Shown piece after piece: positions 7,173 to 9,485 of a stretch of DNA of 9,485 nt. The first letter of the stretch is position 1; every line of letters starts with the position of its first letter. A program made the translations under genes and the position numbers. Under the pieces are notes generated by a model. The model ran no database searches, was not told the DNA's origin, and saw only the letters and a program-made list of their open reading frames with translations. This stretch comes from Trichoplax adhaerens (lineage: Eukaryota > Animalia > Placozoa): positions 1 to 9,485 of the forward strand of contig NW_002061140.1 of NCBI RefSeq assembly GCF_000150275.1. Direction: 5' to 3'.

Positions 7173-8132
7173 TCATGATTTCGTATTACTACGTCTATTA
7201 CGAATTCGAAGACATAAGTCATACATAGACGTTTTTACATTTTTATCGAAAATCAAGAACATAAATGGATTTATCAAGTAGGATACGGTATTACACGCAA
7301 ACGATATAAAGTTGGCTACCAAAAATTTGGGATTGTTAAAGAGTAACTGAAATTGGCTTTGATTGAGTATTGAATAAGTCAAGATAGTTATAATATAGGG
7401 CAAAGTCAGTAATGTTTGTGCCAGTGTTGCGATAATAAAAACTCGAATAACGCTCCGTGTACGATTAATAGAAGCTTGACGGTCATGAGATATAGCAGTG
7501 GAATCAGATATTTGAGATGATAACCTGATAAAGATACGGCTATAATTCCTTAACATTATTATTCCTGGAATCAAGTACACGAATAGCAAGGTAATCGAAA
7601 AATAGACAACGTTGAAGATGTTACCATAGGGAAAGCCAAGGTCGCAGCTTTTCGTGGCTGAATTATAAGTTCCAATTAGGAAAGCAGGGATAGCGAATAC
7701 GACGCTTATAAGCCAAGACAGTATAATAAACTTAGTACAATGTTTAAAAATAGTTGTATCTCGAAATATTAACGGACAAGTAACGATTTTAAATCGATAG
7801 ATACTTATCATAGTTAAACTTGTAATAGAGGTATTGATCGATGTAGCTGTAAGTCCATATGCTATTGAACATACAACAACACCTACAGGTCTAGACATTG
7901 AAACGGTTGAGATTGATGTACCGATATATGTATGCTGTATGATTGATGAAACAGTATCGGATATAGATACATTAATAATAAATTTGTAAGATAAATCGTG
8001 TAAATTTTTAGAGAACGCCACGATTATTACTAGAACGATATTACTAATCGATGCCAATGTAGTAACGCAAAGCTGTACGACTATAAAAGGAGAATTTTCT
8101 AGCAGGTATGTATTAGTAGCATTATTAAGCAT
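7173..8132 (-). CDS. Intronless rhodopsin-like (class A) 7TM GPCR, orphan, 319 aa (copy C)
   Basis: Gap-free paralogue of copy B (45 of 319 residues differ by manual count). Same anchors, and it retains N31 (1.50). Confidence 0.93.
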   Translation of the reverse strand: MLNNATNTYLLENSPFIVVQLCVTTLASISNIVLVIIVAFSKNLHDLSYKFIINVSISDTVSSIIQHTYIGTSISTVSMSRPVGVVVCSIAYGLTATSINTSITSLTMISIYRFKIVTCPLIFRDTTIFKHCTKFIILSWLISVVFAIPAFLIGTYNSATKSCDLGFPYGNIFNVVYFSITLLFVYLIPGIIMLRNYSRIFIRLSSQISDSTAISHDRQASINRTRSVIRVFIIATLAQTLLTLPYIITILTYSILNQSQFQLLFNNPKFLVANFISFACNTVSYLINPFMFLIFDKNVKTSMYDLCLRIRNRRSNTKS

Positions 8133-8221
8133 AGTCGATGAGATAGATGCTTTTATTCTACCTCTATTGCAAAATATCGATGCGATTAAATATGCTTATT
8201 TGGCCGTAGAATGGTTGAACT

Positions 8222-8257
8222 TGTTAATACTTGATTGCAATCTAACGTTTCTTGATT
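8222..8257 (-). promoter_or_regulatory. Conserved 36-bp upstream block, copy C
   Basis: Identical to 3506-3541; palindrome at 8233-8242. Confidence 0.45.
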
Positions 8258-9485
8258 AAATAAAGTCTGGAAACACGTTCAACAATTGAAGAGAATTTTC
8301 TAATTTTACTCTTGTAGCCTAAGCCGTGTTGTAATTATCCCAAGAGAATTAGAGCTTTAAATTTATCAGCTAAAACATCTGGTAGTAGTGTTTCAAATCA
8401 GTTTTCCATGCTTAGTTGAGCAATTTTCTCTTGACTGCTATGTAATCGTATATCCATTGTTATTCATTAGTAGAAGGTATTGTTAATGGTACTCTGAAAA
8501 GTGGAAAGCAATTGTAAAATTATCATTACAACTTTAAGTAAAGGTTAGTTGAATTGCTTCTTGTTTTAATACTCCTTTACAATGTTAGTAGGTAGTGTTA
8601 AATTATTGTCAATTTTAGCTATGGAGCTAAACTTTATTAATTAAAAAAGTATAGTATCAAATACTGTTAGTAACGGCTATGAGGCTTAATTAGCTCGAAG
8701 ATAATTTCAATCTTTCGACATGTAGTTATCAGAGTTTAATTGTGCTCTAAGATACGATTTTCATTACAGTAACTTGCTAGTTTCTACTTGTCTTTGGCCT
8801 GTAATACTTACTAGAAAATCGATTGATAACAATTCACGTACAGAATTATGTTTTGGAGAGCTTGAAATTAATTTCAATTTAAAGCATAAAATAGAGCTAG
8901 ATACGGTAGAAGTTAGTAGTTAATCGATTTTATACCCACAACGCATAGCTATAATGATTGCCTATTAGTTTTGAATTTGTTTTTCAGTTAATACGCTATA
9001 GAAGGTATCGACAGGTACAAGTTTATAAATAGGAAATATATCTCTTCCATATTATTAAGTATTTATTGGCCCCAAAATCAGAATCAAACGTTACATTACA
9101 ATGCATCATTTTTTAATTATCAGCTTCATTTATTATTAGCTCAGTACTACACATTCATTAACGCTGATTATTGAAGAAATTGCATTATTATATTTATTCA
9201 GTATTGGGTATTCAATCTCAATTAAACAAAAATATTTCTATTGTTGTTCCATTTGTATATTATACAGAAATAGAGGTTAAATAAATTTTCACATCGGTCT
9301 CCTTTACAATATTAGCAGGTAACATTAAATGATTAACAATTTTTATAACGTACGTTATCTACCTTTAATGTGACTAGAACGTATAGATCAATTAATCCAG
9401 CTTTAGGTGAAATTATTTTTAAACGTAGACATTGAATAGAATGAGTAAGTATCATAAATAACTCCAGGTAAAAAGTCAAACAATA

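Larger units (their letters stand above)
5331..9485. repeat. Recent tandem segmental duplication, unit 2 (3' flank with Helitron + GPCR copy C + upstream region; continues beyond the window)
   Basis: See unit 1. The window end (...CCAGGTAAAAAGTCAAACAATA) corresponds to about 5095-5117. Confidence 0.88.

Noticed and set aside
1754-9485. Duplication as a pure haplotype-assembly artefact
   Set aside because: The contig right of the gap itself contains two copies of the upstream region (4053-5117 and ~8626-9485), and B and C differ at 45 residues, so tandem duplication is real. Exact copy number across the gap remains uncertain.

Overview
AT-rich eukaryotic (animal-like) genomic DNA with a 331-N scaffold gap (3722-4052). 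It carries a head-to-tail tandem array of intronless class A (rhodopsin-like) orphan GPCR genes on the minus strand: the 5' end of a more diverged copy A (ATG at 94, running off the left edge) and two complete 319-aa copies, B (2457-3416) and C (7173-8132), about 86% identical by my count. B and C lie in a recent ~3.6-kb tandem duplication (1754-5330 and 5331 to beyond the window) whose junction sits in the loop of a 14-bp hairpin. Because the paralogous unit preserves the empty site, a 1141-bp insertion (5537-6677) can be delimited to the base. It has the Helitron hallmarks (A|TC start, subterminal GC-rich hairpin, CTAG|T end, no TSD) and no RepHel ORF. B/C differences are strongly clustered in the N-terminus/TM1, outer TM2, top of TM3 and ECL3/TM7, while the lower-TM3 to ECL2 segment and the 3' flank are nearly identical. 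Composition and gene style resemble a placozoan (Trichoplax-like) genome, but that is inference. I see no prokaryotic-type system. The most interesting signals are pocket-focused diversification of a non-canonical GPCR family and the precisely defined Helitron.
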